Below, piece after piece: positions 28,369 through 38,327 of a DNA stretch of 64,000 nucleotides. This stretch comes from a plasmid. The first letter of the stretch is position 1. The number at the start of each line of letters is the position of its first letter. The stretch lies in sequence record NZ_CP035507.1. One strand, given 5' to 3'. The position numbers and the translations under genes were made by a program. The notes below the pieces were generated by a model. The model saw only the letters and a program-made list of their open reading frames with translations, did not search any database and was not told where the DNA came from.

Positions 28369-29469
28369 TCAAACCATGAGCCAATACCGCGTATGGCGCC
28401 GCTCCCCGGTACGGCTAAGCGCGCCCATCTCCACCAGGTCCTGCAGGTCCCGCGTTGTGGTGGCGCGTGACGTGCCGGTTATGGCGATGTAGTTCTCGGC
28501 GCTGAGGCCGCCTTTGAACCCGTCGGGCCCCTCGCGGAACATGCGCTCAATCACCTTGGCTTGTCGCTCGTTCAGTCGATCACGGAACTGGTCGTAGAAC
28601 TTCGCCTTGGCGATGAAGAACGCGACCCGTGTCAGCGTTACCTGCTGCGCCTTCAGAACGATCTCGGCGAACCAGATCAGCCAGCCGGTTACGTCCAGCG
28701 TCTTCTGGTGGGTTTCGAGCTGGTCGTAGTAGGCTTTCCGGTCCCGTTCGATCGTATAGGCCAGCGCGATTAGGCTCGGCTGGCCGATGTTCTGCGCAAG
28801 GGACTTTTCCGCCAAGGCGCGGCCGAGGCGACCATTGCCGTCCTCGAAGGGATGGATGCTTTCGAACCAGAGGTGCCCAAGCGCCGCGCGGGTTAGTGCT
28901 GGCAGGGGCGTTGTGCCGTCTGGCGCCGTTCGGTTGAACCAGTCGACGAACACGTCCATCTCGCCCTGGACCTGCGCGGAGGGCGGCGCCTCGAAATGCA
29001 CCGTCGGCCGGTCGATGCGACCGGAGACGATCTGCATCGCGTCGGCATGTCGCCGGTAGGCCCCGATGGTTTCGAGCCCGCGGTCATGTGCCAGGAGCAT
29101 CCCGTGCCATCGGCTGAGGGTCTCGTGGGTCAGAGGCGCGCCGTAGGTCGAGTAGACGTCGACCATCATCTCTGCGACGCCCTGTTCCTTGGGCTTCGAT
29201 GGCGCACCGTCAGTGATCAGACCGAATTGCCGCCGGAGGGAGGATTGCACACTGCCCCTGTCTAGCACCTCGCCTTCGATGGCGCTTGTCCGCATCGCCT
29301 CTTCACTCAGAAGTTCGATGCGCAGGCGGTCGCGTTCATTGCCGGTCACATGGCGGACGGCGCCGAGAATCTCGCCGGATGACAGTAGGAACCGCCGCTC
29401 GAGAGGTTCGATGGCAGCGCTGTCATAGACGAAATTCGGCCAGTCGGGTTGATTCCAGTTCCAGCGCAT
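28369..29469 (-). CDS. Fic/DOC family protein, class II (intramolecular inhibitory helix) with C-terminal wHTH
   Basis: Fic motif HPFEDGNGRLGR. Upstream inhibitory motif TSAIEG of the form (S/T)xxxE(G/N). 366 aa. Confidence 0.85.
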   Translation of the reverse strand: MRWNWNQPDWPNFVYDSAAIEPLERRFLLSSGEILGAVRHVTGNERDRLRIELLSEEAMRTSAIEGEVLDRGSVQSSLRRQFGLITDGAPSKPKEQGVAEMMVDVYSTYGAPLTHETLSRWHGMLLAHDRGLETIGAYRRHADAMQIVSGRIDRPTVHFEAPPSAQVQGEMDVFVDWFNRTAPDGTTPLPALTRAALGHLWFESIHPFEDGNGRLGRALAEKSLAQNIGQPSLIALAYTIERDRKAYYDQLETHQKTLDVTGWLIWFAEIVLKAQQVTLTRVAFFIAKAKFYDQFRDRLNERQAKVIERMFREGPDGFKGGLSAENYIAITGTSRATTTRDLQDLVEMGALSRTGERRHTRYWLMV

Positions 29470-29583
29470 GAGCTATAGGATCCATTTCTATAACTCACAA
29501 TAATGGCGACTCATGATGCATGAAAGCGAATTCTATGCATCATCCCGAGCGCTGGCGTTTAACCAGCGGGGCGTCTCCCCGCT

Positions 29584-29754
29584 TCAGGCGGCCTGTACCA
29601 TGGGCTCGTAGCGGACCTCGGCCATGGCCTCGTTGATCCATGCCGGTTGGAGGTCGCCGTTGTTCCACTGGTAAAGATAGCCCACAAGGGCGTCGGTCTT
29701 CTTGCAGAGGATGCGCATGATGGGTTCGCCTGTCAGGCGGGCTGTGTTGGACAT
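29584..29754 (-). CDS. Small hypothetical protein (56 aa), not in the supplied ORF track
   Basis: ATG at 29754 (minus strand) to stop at 29584. MSNTARLTGEPIMRILCKKTDALVGYLYQWNNGDLQPAWINEAMAEVRYEPMVQAA. Lies between the parA-linked ORF and fic. No family recognised. Confidence 0.3.
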   Translation of the reverse strand: MSNTARLTGEPIMRILCKKTDALVGYLYQWNNGDLQPAWINEAMAEVRYEPMVQAA

Positions 29755-29911
29755 AATCTGCTCCTCTACCTGGACCTCTGCACCGGGAAAAAGGAGGCCA
29801 CTCTATCCTTGGCAGGGTTGTTAATGACTGGTTTCTGCAACTGCAAGATGAACAGGTGCTTTCGGGAAAATTGTGATCGGATGCTTGTCGGAAACGCGCC
29901 TAAACAATGGG

Positions 29912-30322
29912 TTAGACTTCGTCATCTCCGTGCGGCACCGCAGCATAGGCGGCGATCTCGCTCAGGATAGCGTCGATCTCGGCCCAGACTCGGGGCTCCA
30001 ACTGCCCGCGGATCAGGGTCCATTTGCTCATCACGTTGAGCGGGTCGTGGGCGCGCAGGAGGGTGGTCACAGTGGCGTCATCGACTGCCAGCGAGGTTCG
30101 TGCACGCCATTCGGTGATCCGCGTGCGCCGCTCCTCGGCGGGAGGGATGAAGTCGGGCCCGAGCTCCCAGTTCTTCACTGCACGGCGCAGGGCGGCGCGG
30201 ATGACATGGGCCGGATCGACGCCGCAGTCGATCAGGGCTTCCTCCTGCCGTTCCAGCGCGTTCACCCGGATGTCGATCTTGCGCGTCGCCGGAATTCGGC
30301 GTGGGCGGATGGGAGATACCAT
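29912..30322 (-). CDS. Hypothetical protein downstream of parA (possible partition/centromere-binding partner)
   Basis: The listed ORF 29912..30637 overlaps parA by 67 nt, so the internal ATG at 30322 (MVSPIRPRR...) is more plausible. Contains ...KIDIRVNALERQEEALIDCGVDPAHVIRAALRRAV.... Function not established. Confidence 0.4.
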   Translation of the reverse strand: MVSPIRPRRIPATRKIDIRVNALERQEEALIDCGVDPAHVIRAALRRAVKNWELGPDFIPPAEERRTRITEWRARTSLAVDDATVTTLLRAHDPLNVMSKWTLIRGQLEPRVWAEIDAILSEIAAYAAVPHGDDEV

Positions 30323-30569
30323 GGCAGCGGATGCTGCACGCCCGGCTGTCTCCTGGCTGGGCTGAGAAGCGGGCGCAGGCTGCGTACTTGGCGGCGAAAC
30401 AGCGTGACTGTCCAAGACCACAGGCTCGACGTTTGCAGGTTCTGCCTTCGTCTCAGTTCGCAGAACCTTTTCCCTTCCCGAGTCTTCTCCCACCTCTGGA
30501 CGCAGGGATGCAGCATAAGCCGGGTCGGGCCGTGTGATGGTCGGGATCTTCTTCCTCACAACCCCGTCC

Positions 30570-31289
30570 TCACGCGGCCAGGATGTTGTTGAGGATGTCG
30601 GTCGCCTCTTCGAGGGCCTCCACCACATGGCGCACATGGGGGCGCATGAGGGGGTTCGGATCGGCCTGCTTTTGCAAGGCCACAGCGTGCAGGAGGCCCT
30701 TCTCGTCCATCTCCTTGTAGACGTTCCGCCGCATCATCACCGTCTCGACTACCGGAAACCGCGCGATCGCCGCCTCAATGAGGGTAGCATCGGCACGGGT
30801 GGTCTTGGGGTCGACCATGTTCAGGACCACGTGGTGGCGGGGCAGGCTGTCGGGGTCATCGACGCGGGCGCGGAGCTTCTCGAACCAGTCGGCGGTCTGC
30901 GCGCCGACATCGAGATCCGAAGTCGAGAGCATCACAGGCGTCACGATGTGATCGGCCAGAATGGCGATCCCGTCCGACCACTCAGCCCCGACGCCGGCCG
31001 TGTCGATGAAGATGAAATCGGCCGATCCCGCCGCATAGACCTGCTCGATCCGGCGATCCACGGCCCCCACGCTTTCGACGGTTGCCGAGCGCAGGAGCGG
31101 TGATCCCAGCCCCGCGGCTTCAGCCCGCTTGTGCCAGGTGCCAAGCACGCCGGTGCTGTCGGTATCGATCAGAAGGACGCGACGGCCAGCGGCAACAGCA
31201 GCGCTGATCAGGGCGCGCGAGAGCGTGGTCTTGCCACTCCCCCCTTTCCGGGCCATCGCGGCGATCACCACGAGATTGTCGTTCGGCAT
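30570..31289 (-). CDS. parA: ParA/MinD-family partition ATPase
   Basis: Deviant Walker A AAMARKGGSGKTTLS. 239 aa. Confidence 0.85.
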   Translation of the reverse strand: MPNDNLVVIAAMARKGGSGKTTLSRALISAAVAAGRRVLLIDTDSTGVLGTWHKRAEAAGLGSPLLRSATVESVGAVDRRIEQVYAAGSADFIFIDTAGVGAEWSDGIAILADHIVTPVMLSTSDLDVGAQTADWFEKLRARVDDPDSLPRHHVVLNMVDPKTTRADATLIEAAIARFPVVETVMMRRNVYKEMDEKGLLHAVALQKQADPNPLMRPHVRHVVEALEEATDILNNILAA

Positions 31290-31379
31290 GGGGGCGGACC
31301 TCTCACAAGAATAGTGAAACGCAGCAAAGATGTTTCATCGTCGCTAACCCCCGCGCGCGACGGCGTCAAGCAGAAGACG

Positions 31380-31760
31380 GGATGCGGGCTGCCTCAGGCG
31401 GAATGCGGGGTCCATGGTGCATCGCGCAGGGAGCGAAAAGCACCACGCTCGTGACACCTGACGTTCTCCCGTCCGCGCGATGCGGTCCCCAGATGACGCG
31501 CGACATGCCACATCGGCCATAGTGCGCGACGCAGGAAGCGTGACGCATACCGCACGGGACGTGGACCATCGGGCACCACGCGCGATGCGGGCAGCACGGG
31601 CCATCTGACACTTGCCAGAAGCCGTGCTGCAGGGCGCGCAAGACGCAGTCCAAAGGACGCGATGCGCGGTGCAGGCAACGCGGGACGCGTTGCATTGAGC
31701 GCCTTGCGCGCTGCATTTGCCAAAGGACGTCAAATCGGCCCGAGAGGCCGATTTTCTACA
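31380..31760. promoter_or_regulatory. Candidate oriT / mobC promoter region with iterated GCGCGATGCGG-like repeats
   Basis: Three direct copies of cgcgatgcgg-type motifs at 31475-31485, 31579-31590 and 31657-31670. Non-coding gap between parA and mobC. Only Cys/His-rich shadow ORFs here. An oriT is typically adjacent to mobC/relaxase genes. Confidence 0.4.
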
Positions 31761-31850
31761 TTGAGTACAAGCCCTTGGTGCCTTCTCCGCTTGTGCTGGG
31801 AGAAGGCGGGCTTGTACGAAGTTGGCAAGAAATAGGAACGTATACTTCAC

Positions 31851-32453
31851 ATGGGTAGCACCCGCCGACTGACCGATCAGGAGCGCCGTCAGATCGTCCG
31901 GGAACGGGCGAAAGGCGTCTCAGTCAGTGCGATCAGTGCAGCGCTGAAGGTCTCCCCGAAGACCGTCTACAACGTGCTGAGCCGGGGTCGTTCCGCCGTC
32001 TCCGGCAACGACAGCCGCACCCGTGTGCTGACCATGCGGGTCACTGATCGCGACCTTCGCGGCTTCGATGCAGCCCTTGCGCGGCGTGGGATCGCGCATC
32101 GTTCGGATGCCATGCGCTGCCTGATGCTCGCGGCCGACGATCTCCTGCGCCCGGATCATGGCATGACGGATGAGCTGAAAGGGATGAGCGCGGCGCTGAA
32201 CCGGGTCGGAAATAACGTGAACCAGGTCGCGCGTCGACTGAACGAGGCAAAGCTCAAGGGGGAGCGTCTGCCCTACACCCCCGCTAGCCATGCCGAAATC
32301 CGCGATCTCGCGGTGTTGGTCTTTGACATGGCCGATCAGATTCAGGAGATGTTCCGCGCGCGTCGCCGCGAACTGGACCTCGAAGTGACCAAGGCCCTCG
32401 CTGGCCTGACGCGGCGGGAAGCGGAGCAGGTGGCCGAGCATGGCGCGGAGTGA
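31851..32453 (+). CDS. mobC: MobC-family relaxosome accessory protein
   Basis: Hallmark LNRVGNNVNQVARRLN motif. 200 aa. The 3' end overlaps the relaxase start. Confidence 0.85.
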   Translation: MGSTRRLTDQERRQIVRERAKGVSVSAISAALKVSPKTVYNVLSRGRSAVSGNDSRTRVLTMRVTDRDLRGFDAALARRGIAHRSDAMRCLMLAADDLLRPDHGMTDELKGMSAALNRVGNNVNQVARRLNEAKLKGERLPYTPASHAEIRDLAVLVFDMADQIQEMFRARRRELDLEVTKALAGLTRREAEQVAEHGAE

Positions 32454-34791
32454 GGCGCGCGGCGTTGGGCCCGCCCTCTTCGATCGTAACTGGAGCCGGG
32501 TCTCGGGCAGCTGGCAGGGACTCGCGAAGAAGGCGCAGATGGTCCGGGCAGCGCGTGGCTACTCGCCGGCCATCTTCAAGCCCATCTCGAAAGGCGGGTG
32601 CCACACGGGCGCCCAGCTCAAGGCCCAGCTGACCTACCTCACCACAAAGTCGAGCCACATCCTCGACAGCCGCGGCACCCATGATGGCAAGAAGACCCTG
32701 ACCGAGGCCGAGATCGACCGGGTCGTGCGGCGCTTCGAGAACCAGTGGGGCGAGCGGCACAGTCCGAAGCTCGGCCATACCTCGCATCTCCTGATGGCCT
32801 TTCCTGTGGGCACCAGCGGCGAAGAGGTGCGCGCGATCACCGAGGCGGTCTGCGAGCGGTTCTTTCAAGGTGAGGGGTCGCAATTCGACTATATTGCTGC
32901 AATACACCAAGATCGCGCGCATCCACATGCGCATATCGTTCTGAACCGCCGCAGCAAGGATGGCGAAATGTTCTTTCTCGGGAAGGATCACCACTTCAAC
33001 TACGACGCCTTCCGGGTGGCGATGGTCGAGGCGGCGCAGGTCCACGGGATCCGACTCGAGGCCACACGGCGTCTTGACCGGGGGGTCACGACCTACCGTG
33101 CCGAGATCGACGAGGTCTACAAGGCACGTGACGAAGGCCGACCGCCCGTCGAGCGCCAGCGCACAGGCGCTGATCTCGCCGCAGCCCTGGAGACGGTGGC
33201 GCGCAATGCGCTGACTTATCGCGGTCTTGCAGCAGAGGCATCCCGGTCGAACTTCGATGACGCGGCCGAGGCGCTCGAGCGGGCCAGCACCATCCTTGCC
33301 AGTGGCGGTCAGATTCAATCTGACGGAGCCATCTACATGTCCCAAGACGAAACAGCGTTCGACACGCTGATCACCGAGTTTTCCCAGAACATCCGTCAGA
33401 TCGAAGCGGCGATCGACCGGGCACCCGCATCCGAGCGACCGGAGATCGAGCGCAAGCTCACCGATGTGCTGGCCTCCGTTGCGCATCTCAATCCGCTTGG
33501 AGACCGCTCGGCTGCACTTCTCGACGCACCATCCCGGGATGGGGTCTATGCGCGGGCCAACATGCGTGAGGACCAGATGGGACGCCTTGACGACGCCTCG
33601 GTGAAGGCGCGCCTCAGCGAGGCGCTGCAAGGCACGGGCATCGACCCCGAAGCCGTAGCCGCCCGCATGCGCGAGGGTGCTGGCAACGCCGCGCTCGAAC
33701 GACAATGGCTGGCGCAGGATCTGCGCGCCATCGCCAACGCGGGTGACCTCGATCTGGAGAAGGGCGAGGACCGCGAGGAAGCGCTCGACCGGCTGGAAGC
33801 CGTACATGTCCGCCTGGGCGATACTCTGACCGATGCGCGCATCCTGCGGGCTGTCGATGAGGTGGATGAGACCGAGGATGACCAGGTTGCCCTGGCCGAA
33901 AGGTTGACGCTGCCTGAGCGCGAGCGCGCGGCGGGTGAGCCCGACATCTTCGCCCCATCCGAGCGCCGGGATTTCCAGGAGCTCGTCGCCCAGTTCCGTC
34001 GAACGGATTTCGACCATCCCTTCTCGGACGATCCGTCCGTGCGCCGAGCCGGTGCCGTCGAGGTGGAAGAAGCCCGCGCCGCCTTCAACGCCTTCGCGCA
34101 GCGGTCGCCCGATCATGCCGAACTGGCCTCGATGGCCTGGGACAAGATCACCGACAGCCGCAAACCGCAGGAGTTCGCCGTCGAGGAAAAAGACCGCACC
34201 CTCAACGCCGGCGACATGGACCTCGCGCTGCGCGATCCGATGCAACATCTCGGCCCGATCACCGAAGACGACCGCACCCTCGCGCGCTACCGCGCGGAGA
34301 TGCCGGACGAGGAGTTCGGGGCGGCGGTGCAGGAGGAAATCAACCAGCTGCGCGCCATGGGCGCATCACGCGCCTACATCAGCGAACGGAGCTTCGACAT
34401 CGAGGATCAGGCGCGGCAGGATTACGCCGAGCGGCGTTTCATGGCTGAGACTGCCCCTGATGTGTTGACCTTCCTGCAGCGGGCCGAGGCCGAGGATGTG
34501 AAGCCGCTCTCCGAGACCGACGGGCAGCGCCTGATCGCCCAGATCGACCGCAACCTCACGCCGAACGCTGTGACTGCCCTCCGCGCAGGACACGCGGATG
34601 TGCTGGACAAGTTCACCGAGGACCCAATTCGGCAGTTGGAACTTGCCAAGGCCTATCTGGAAAGCAGCGAAGTAACGGCGCACGGCCCCGCGATGGAACG
34701 GGTGCTGGATGCCCTGGCCGAGGAGCAGATCGAGGCGCAGCGCGCCCGCCATGCCGCGGCCTATGGCGAAAAGGGGATCACCCATGGATAA
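32440..34791 (+). CDS. Relaxase/mobilisation nuclease (MobA/VirD2-type, MOBQ-like) with a long C-terminal extension
   Basis: N-terminal relaxase domain with HxH metal motif HQDRAHPHAHIVLNRR and YLTTKS. 783 aa. Confidence 0.8.
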   Translation: MARSEARGVGPALFDRNWSRVSGSWQGLAKKAQMVRAARGYSPAIFKPISKGGCHTGAQLKAQLTYLTTKSSHILDSRGTHDGKKTLTEAEIDRVVRRFENQWGERHSPKLGHTSHLLMAFPVGTSGEEVRAITEAVCERFFQGEGSQFDYIAAIHQDRAHPHAHIVLNRRSKDGEMFFLGKDHHFNYDAFRVAMVEAAQVHGIRLEATRRLDRGVTTYRAEIDEVYKARDEGRPPVERQRTGADLAAALETVARNALTYRGLAAEASRSNFDDAAEALERASTILASGGQIQSDGAIYMSQDETAFDTLITEFSQNIRQIEAAIDRAPASERPEIERKLTDVLASVAHLNPLGDRSAALLDAPSRDGVYARANMREDQMGRLDDASVKARLSEALQGTGIDPEAVAARMREGAGNAALERQWLAQDLRAIANAGDLDLEKGEDREEALDRLEAVHVRLGDTLTDARILRAVDEVDETEDDQVALAERLTLPERERAAGEPDIFAPSERRDFQELVAQFRRTDFDHPFSDDPSVRRAGAVEVEEARAAFNAFAQRSPDHAELASMAWDKITDSRKPQEFAVEEKDRTLNAGDMDLALRDPMQHLGPITEDDRTLARYRAEMPDEEFGAAVQEEINQLRAMGASRAYISERSFDIEDQARQDYAERRFMAETAPDVLTFLQRAEAEDVKPLSETDGQRLIAQIDRNLTPNAVTALRAGHADVLDKFTEDPIRQLELAKAYLESSEVTAHGPAMERVLDALAEEQIEAQRARHAAAYGEKGITHG

Positions 34792-36754
34792 GGGCAAGAT
34801 CGCGGGCGGGATCCTCAGCCTGACGCTGGTTGGCCTCGCCATCGGCTATGTCGTGGCCACGGGCTACCTCACCATTCGCTATGGACTGTCAACGCAAGCC
34901 TTCGATGCCACCCTGCTCGCGCGGGAATACCGGGCGCTTGGTGCCAGCGCCCCGCGGGACTTCCTCTGGGTGAACCTGATCCTCGCAGGCTTCGGCGTTG
35001 CCTCGCTCATGTTGAGTGTCACGCTTCTCGGCGATGCCCTGACGCGCTTCGGCACGACGCATTGGCAGACCCGGGGCGAGATGAAGAGGAATGGTTTCTT
35101 CGCCAAGCCGGGTGGCGGCTTCCTTCTCGGCAAGCTCGGCCCCCCGAAATCGAAGCGCCCCTTCCTCGTCTCGAAGACCTTCCCACACGCACTGATCGTG
35201 GCACCCACGGGTCGGGGCAAGGGCGTGGGCTTCGTGATTCCGAACCTGCTCACCTACAAGGGCTCGGCCGTGGTGCTTGACGTGAAGGGAGAGAACTTCC
35301 GCGAGACATCGCGCTTCCGTGCCACCATGGGCGACAAGGTGTTCCGGTTCGCGCCGACCGACTGGGACCGCCCGACGCATCGCTATAACCCGCTGGCGCG
35401 CATCGCGGCGATGACCAATCCCGACCGGCAACAGATGGAACTGAAGCTCACCGCGAAGCTCTTCCTGCAGACCGACAACGAAAAGCTGAGTGGGCTACTA
35501 GCAGGCGGCATTGATCTGTTCGTGGCGGCCGGTCTTCTGGCCTTCGAGCGCGGCGTGCCGACCATCGGTGAGATCTACCGCATCACCGCCTCGGGCGGTG
35601 ACAAGCAGAAGGAGTACCTGAAGCGCGCGCAGGAGGTGAAGAACACCTCGGCCAAGCTGATCTTCGAGCGCATGGCCTCGACCAACAACGACACCCTGAC
35701 CTCTTACCTCTCTCTGCTGATGACCTCGGGTCTCGACACCTGGGACAACCGTGCGATCGACGCGGCCACTGCGACCTCGGACTTCTCTTTCCGGGATATC
35801 CGGCGTCGCCCTCACGCGATCTACCTCGTGGTCGAGTCCGAAATGATCCGCCCTTTGGCCCCGCTGATCCGGCTGTTCTTCTCGGACCTGATTGCCTCGC
35901 TGCAGGCGCAGGAGCCCGACGATGACGAGCCATGGCCCGTGATGATCATGCTCGACGAGTTCGACCGCCTTGGGAAAATGCCGATCGTAGCCGAGAGCAT
36001 CAAGACTCTGCGCTCCTTCGGCGGCAACCTTGCCATTGTCACCCAGACCATCCCGGCGCTGGACGAGATCTATGGCGAGAACACACGCCGGTCGCTGCAG
36101 GGCGGCGCGGGCGTGAAGCTCTACCTCACCCCGTCCGAGCAGAAGACCATCGAAGAGCTGAGCCAGGCCGTCGGCAAGACCACCAAGCGCGTCGTAACCC
36201 GATCCCGCGCGGTCGGACGTAACCCCTTCGAGGGCCGGAGTGTTTCCGAGCGGACAGAGGACACGCCGCTCCTGACCGAGGATCAGGCTCGGCGGATGGA
36301 CCTCGACGAGGTGATCCTCGTGATCGACGCGCAGATGCCGATCCGGGCGCGGCGGATCAAGTATTTCGAAGACCCGGCGCTGAAGGTGCTTCACGCGGGT
36401 CAGGCGGGGAGTTTCCCGTACCCTGATGAGGACGGGCTGAGGCGGGATCGGCAGATGACCGAAACGCGGGAGACGGTTGAGAAGCTGAAACAGGAGTTAC
36501 AGGAGGTTCGGGCGGCGGCAGGGGCGCAGGGAGTTGCAAAGGTGCCAAATGAAGAGCCACCCAAGGGGCCACATGTGCGAAAACCTGAAATCGTAAGTCG
36601 GGCGCGTGGCCGAGCGGCCCGGGCTGCTGCGGGTATTGCCGGAGGAAGTCAATTGTCGTTCGACCCTGAAGCACTTGGGTTGAAGGAGGCAGACAAGACC
36701 ATGCTGGCGGCGGCGGTTCAGACGACACGGGCCATTATTGCCGAGTATGCGTGA
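34784..36754 (+). CDS. virD4: Type IV coupling protein VirD4/TraG
   Basis: N-terminal TM segments. Walker A LIVAPTGRGKGVGFVIPN. The start MDKGKIAGG at 34784 overlaps the relaxase stop. Confidence 0.85.
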   Translation: MDKGKIAGGILSLTLVGLAIGYVVATGYLTIRYGLSTQAFDATLLAREYRALGASAPRDFLWVNLILAGFGVASLMLSVTLLGDALTRFGTTHWQTRGEMKRNGFFAKPGGGFLLGKLGPPKSKRPFLVSKTFPHALIVAPTGRGKGVGFVIPNLLTYKGSAVVLDVKGENFRETSRFRATMGDKVFRFAPTDWDRPTHRYNPLARIAAMTNPDRQQMELKLTAKLFLQTDNEKLSGLLAGGIDLFVAAGLLAFERGVPTIGEIYRITASGGDKQKEYLKRAQEVKNTSAKLIFERMASTNNDTLTSYLSLLMTSGLDTWDNRAIDAATATSDFSFRDIRRRPHAIYLVVESEMIRPLAPLIRLFFSDLIASLQAQEPDDDEPWPVMIMLDEFDRLGKMPIVAESIKTLRSFGGNLAIVTQTIPALDEIYGENTRRSLQGGAGVKLYLTPSEQKTIEELSQAVGKTTKRVVTRSRAVGRNPFEGRSVSERTEDTPLLTEDQARRMDLDEVILVIDAQMPIRARRIKYFEDPALKVLHAGQAGSFPYPDEDGLRRDRQMTETRETVEKLKQELQEVRAAAGAQGVAKVPNEEPPKGPHVRKPEIVSRARGRAARAAAGIAGGSQLSFDPEALGLKEADKTMLAAAVQTTRAIIAEYA

Positions 36755-36774
36755 CTGGCCCATACCGGCCAGTC
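36753..36774. terminator. Hairpin at the virD4 stop (possible bidirectional terminator between convergent virD4 and the pAgo gene)
   Basis: gactggcc-catacc-ggccagtc, an 8 bp perfect stem. No clear U-run. Confidence 0.3.
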
Positions 36775-36878
36775 GGCGTTATGCAAAGGCGCTGCTCTCG
36801 CAGCGTGTATAGCTGCCATTCGATAGGGCAAGCACAATGCCTCGATCCGCCTTCAGTCACAGTGTGCAGGCGAAGGAG

Positions 36879-38327
36879 CTACATAAAGAAGCTATAGCGC
36901 GTTTGCACCCGGTCATTTTCTCTAACGTACTTGAGTATCTTTCCCACCTTGCGTGACGCAGCGATAGTAATCGGGTCTCGGTTGTCGAATTGCGTATTGT
37001 TCCAATTCATCTTGCTCAATGCCAATATCTCTGCGGCATTGTGGGTGACCGGTTGAGAAGGAGCCTGTGACCGGATCATCAAAGGCTTGGGAATGTACAT
37101 CCCGGTGTATGTTTTGAAGAAGTCCACACCGCCCCGGCTGTACAATATCGCACGGTCGCGATCCAAACGCAGCAACGTACCGCGCAAGGGTGGAAACTGC
37201 CCGTCGCGGAACAGCCGGAAGGCGCTTGGGGCGACCGCCATGCAGTCCAAGTTATCAATTCGGCATTCCTCTACGGCGGCGTCGAAACCCGCCATTTCTT
37301 CCCTGTGAAAGGGCGACGTCTTATGCAGCACCACCCGGGCCGGATACTGCGAATGCTGGTCGTAGTAAGCCTGCATCGAGCGGGAAAGCAGGTCGTGCGC
37401 GTGAGCCTCTGTCATATAGGGCCGCCGGTCGTCCGACAGCTTGGCGGCGCGCCCCCCGCGCAGGATCATGCCTTCGCCCCGCTCGTCGAACATCTGCGCG
37501 GTGCTGGTTTCAAGGTACTCGCCGCCGCACGACTCGTGGAAGCTAATTCCCACGAAGCAGGAACGCATCTGCCGGGAATCCCGCGCCAAACGCCACGGTA
37601 GACCGCCCGCCTTGTAGTACAGCGCCGTGAACAAGTTCCATGCGCGGGTTGCGTCCTCCTGCACCTCGCGAAAACTGTCAGTTTTCGTCTTTCGGGGAAT
37701 CTTGATCGTTGGATCGTACAGCGTGGGCCAGAAGATCTGAATGGGCAGGCCGAACTCCATCGCAGCGATCTTCAATCGCGCACGGAAGTCCAACCCTGAG
37801 GGCGCCGCCGCGTCCTCCACCACATCATCGTCGTCGGCGCTCACATTCACCGCCGCAATCACGTCCAGCGGCAGGCCGATTAGCACCACGTCTGGCCGGG
37901 TGTTGCCCTCGGCCAGCGCCCGCAGCTCCGCCACGAACAGGTCGGCGTAGCGATCCGCTAGGTCCAGCGGATTTGTGTTCTTCAACTTATTCAGTGTTCG
38001 GGCCGGTATTGTGCGGGTGTCCTGCTCGTCGCAGGTGAAGGCAACTCGGAACGGGCCGTCAGACGTGCAGCCTGGGAACGGCGGATACAGGTTCGTCAGG
38101 CGGGTGTCCGCTTTGCCATCGATGCCAGCGGCGCAACGCGCGAACCAGCCTTGGGTGCCCTCCACCGTTTCCGTGTCACCGATCAGACCCACTCGCACGG
38201 CGGTCGGCGCGCCGGTTTGTCCGGCGTCCAGCGGGCCGTAGTCCATGAGGCCGAACCGAATGTCGATGTGGCGATGCGCCTGCCCGAACTCCAACTCGGG
38301 TTCCGGCAAGTGGGACAGCTTCATCAT
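36879..38327 (-). CDS. Short prokaryotic Argonaute (MID-PIWI, catalytically inactive), SPARDA-type
   Basis: MID/PIWI boundary motif YYKAGGLPWRL (compare eukaryotic Ago ..KLGGVN..). The PIWI GxDV position reads CFVGISFHES and the RDG position reads YSRGGVDFF, so the catalytic Asp residues are lost. The ATG at 38327 overlaps the upstream stop in an ATGA. The listed TTG start is at 38375. Confidence 0.75.
   Translation of the reverse strand: MMKLSHLPEPELEFGQAHRHIDIRFGLMDYGPLDAGQTGAPTAVRVGLIGDTETVEGTQGWFARCAAGIDGKADTRLTNLYPPFPGCTSDGPFRVAFTCDEQDTRTIPARTLNKLKNTNPLDLADRYADLFVAELRALAEGNTRPDVVLIGLPLDVIAAVNVSADDDDVVEDAAAPSGLDFRARLKIAAMEFGLPIQIFWPTLYDPTIKIPRKTKTDSFREVQEDATRAWNLFTALYYKAGGLPWRLARDSRQMRSCFVGISFHESCGGEYLETSTAQMFDERGEGMILRGGRAAKLSDDRRPYMTEAHAHDLLSRSMQAYYDQHSQYPARVVLHKTSPFHREEMAGFDAAVEECRIDNLDCMAVAPSAFRLFRDGQFPPLRGTLLRLDRDRAILYSRGGVDFFKTYTGMYIPKPLMIRSQAPSQPVTHNAAEILALSKMNWNNTQFDNRDPITIAASRKVGKILKYVRENDRVQTRYSFFM

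Noticed and set aside
29584-29754. The small ORF upstream of fic as a VbhA/FicA-type antitoxin
   Set aside because: It lacks the (S/T)xxxE(G/N) inhibitory motif. The Fic protein carries its own intramolecular motif (class II). Kept only as a low-confidence hypothetical ORF.
31344-31850. Overlapping minus-strand ORFs with Cys/His/Arg-rich translations in the parA-mobC gap
   Set aside because: Composition looks like translated repeat DNA. The region fits better as a non-coding oriT/promoter region with direct repeats.
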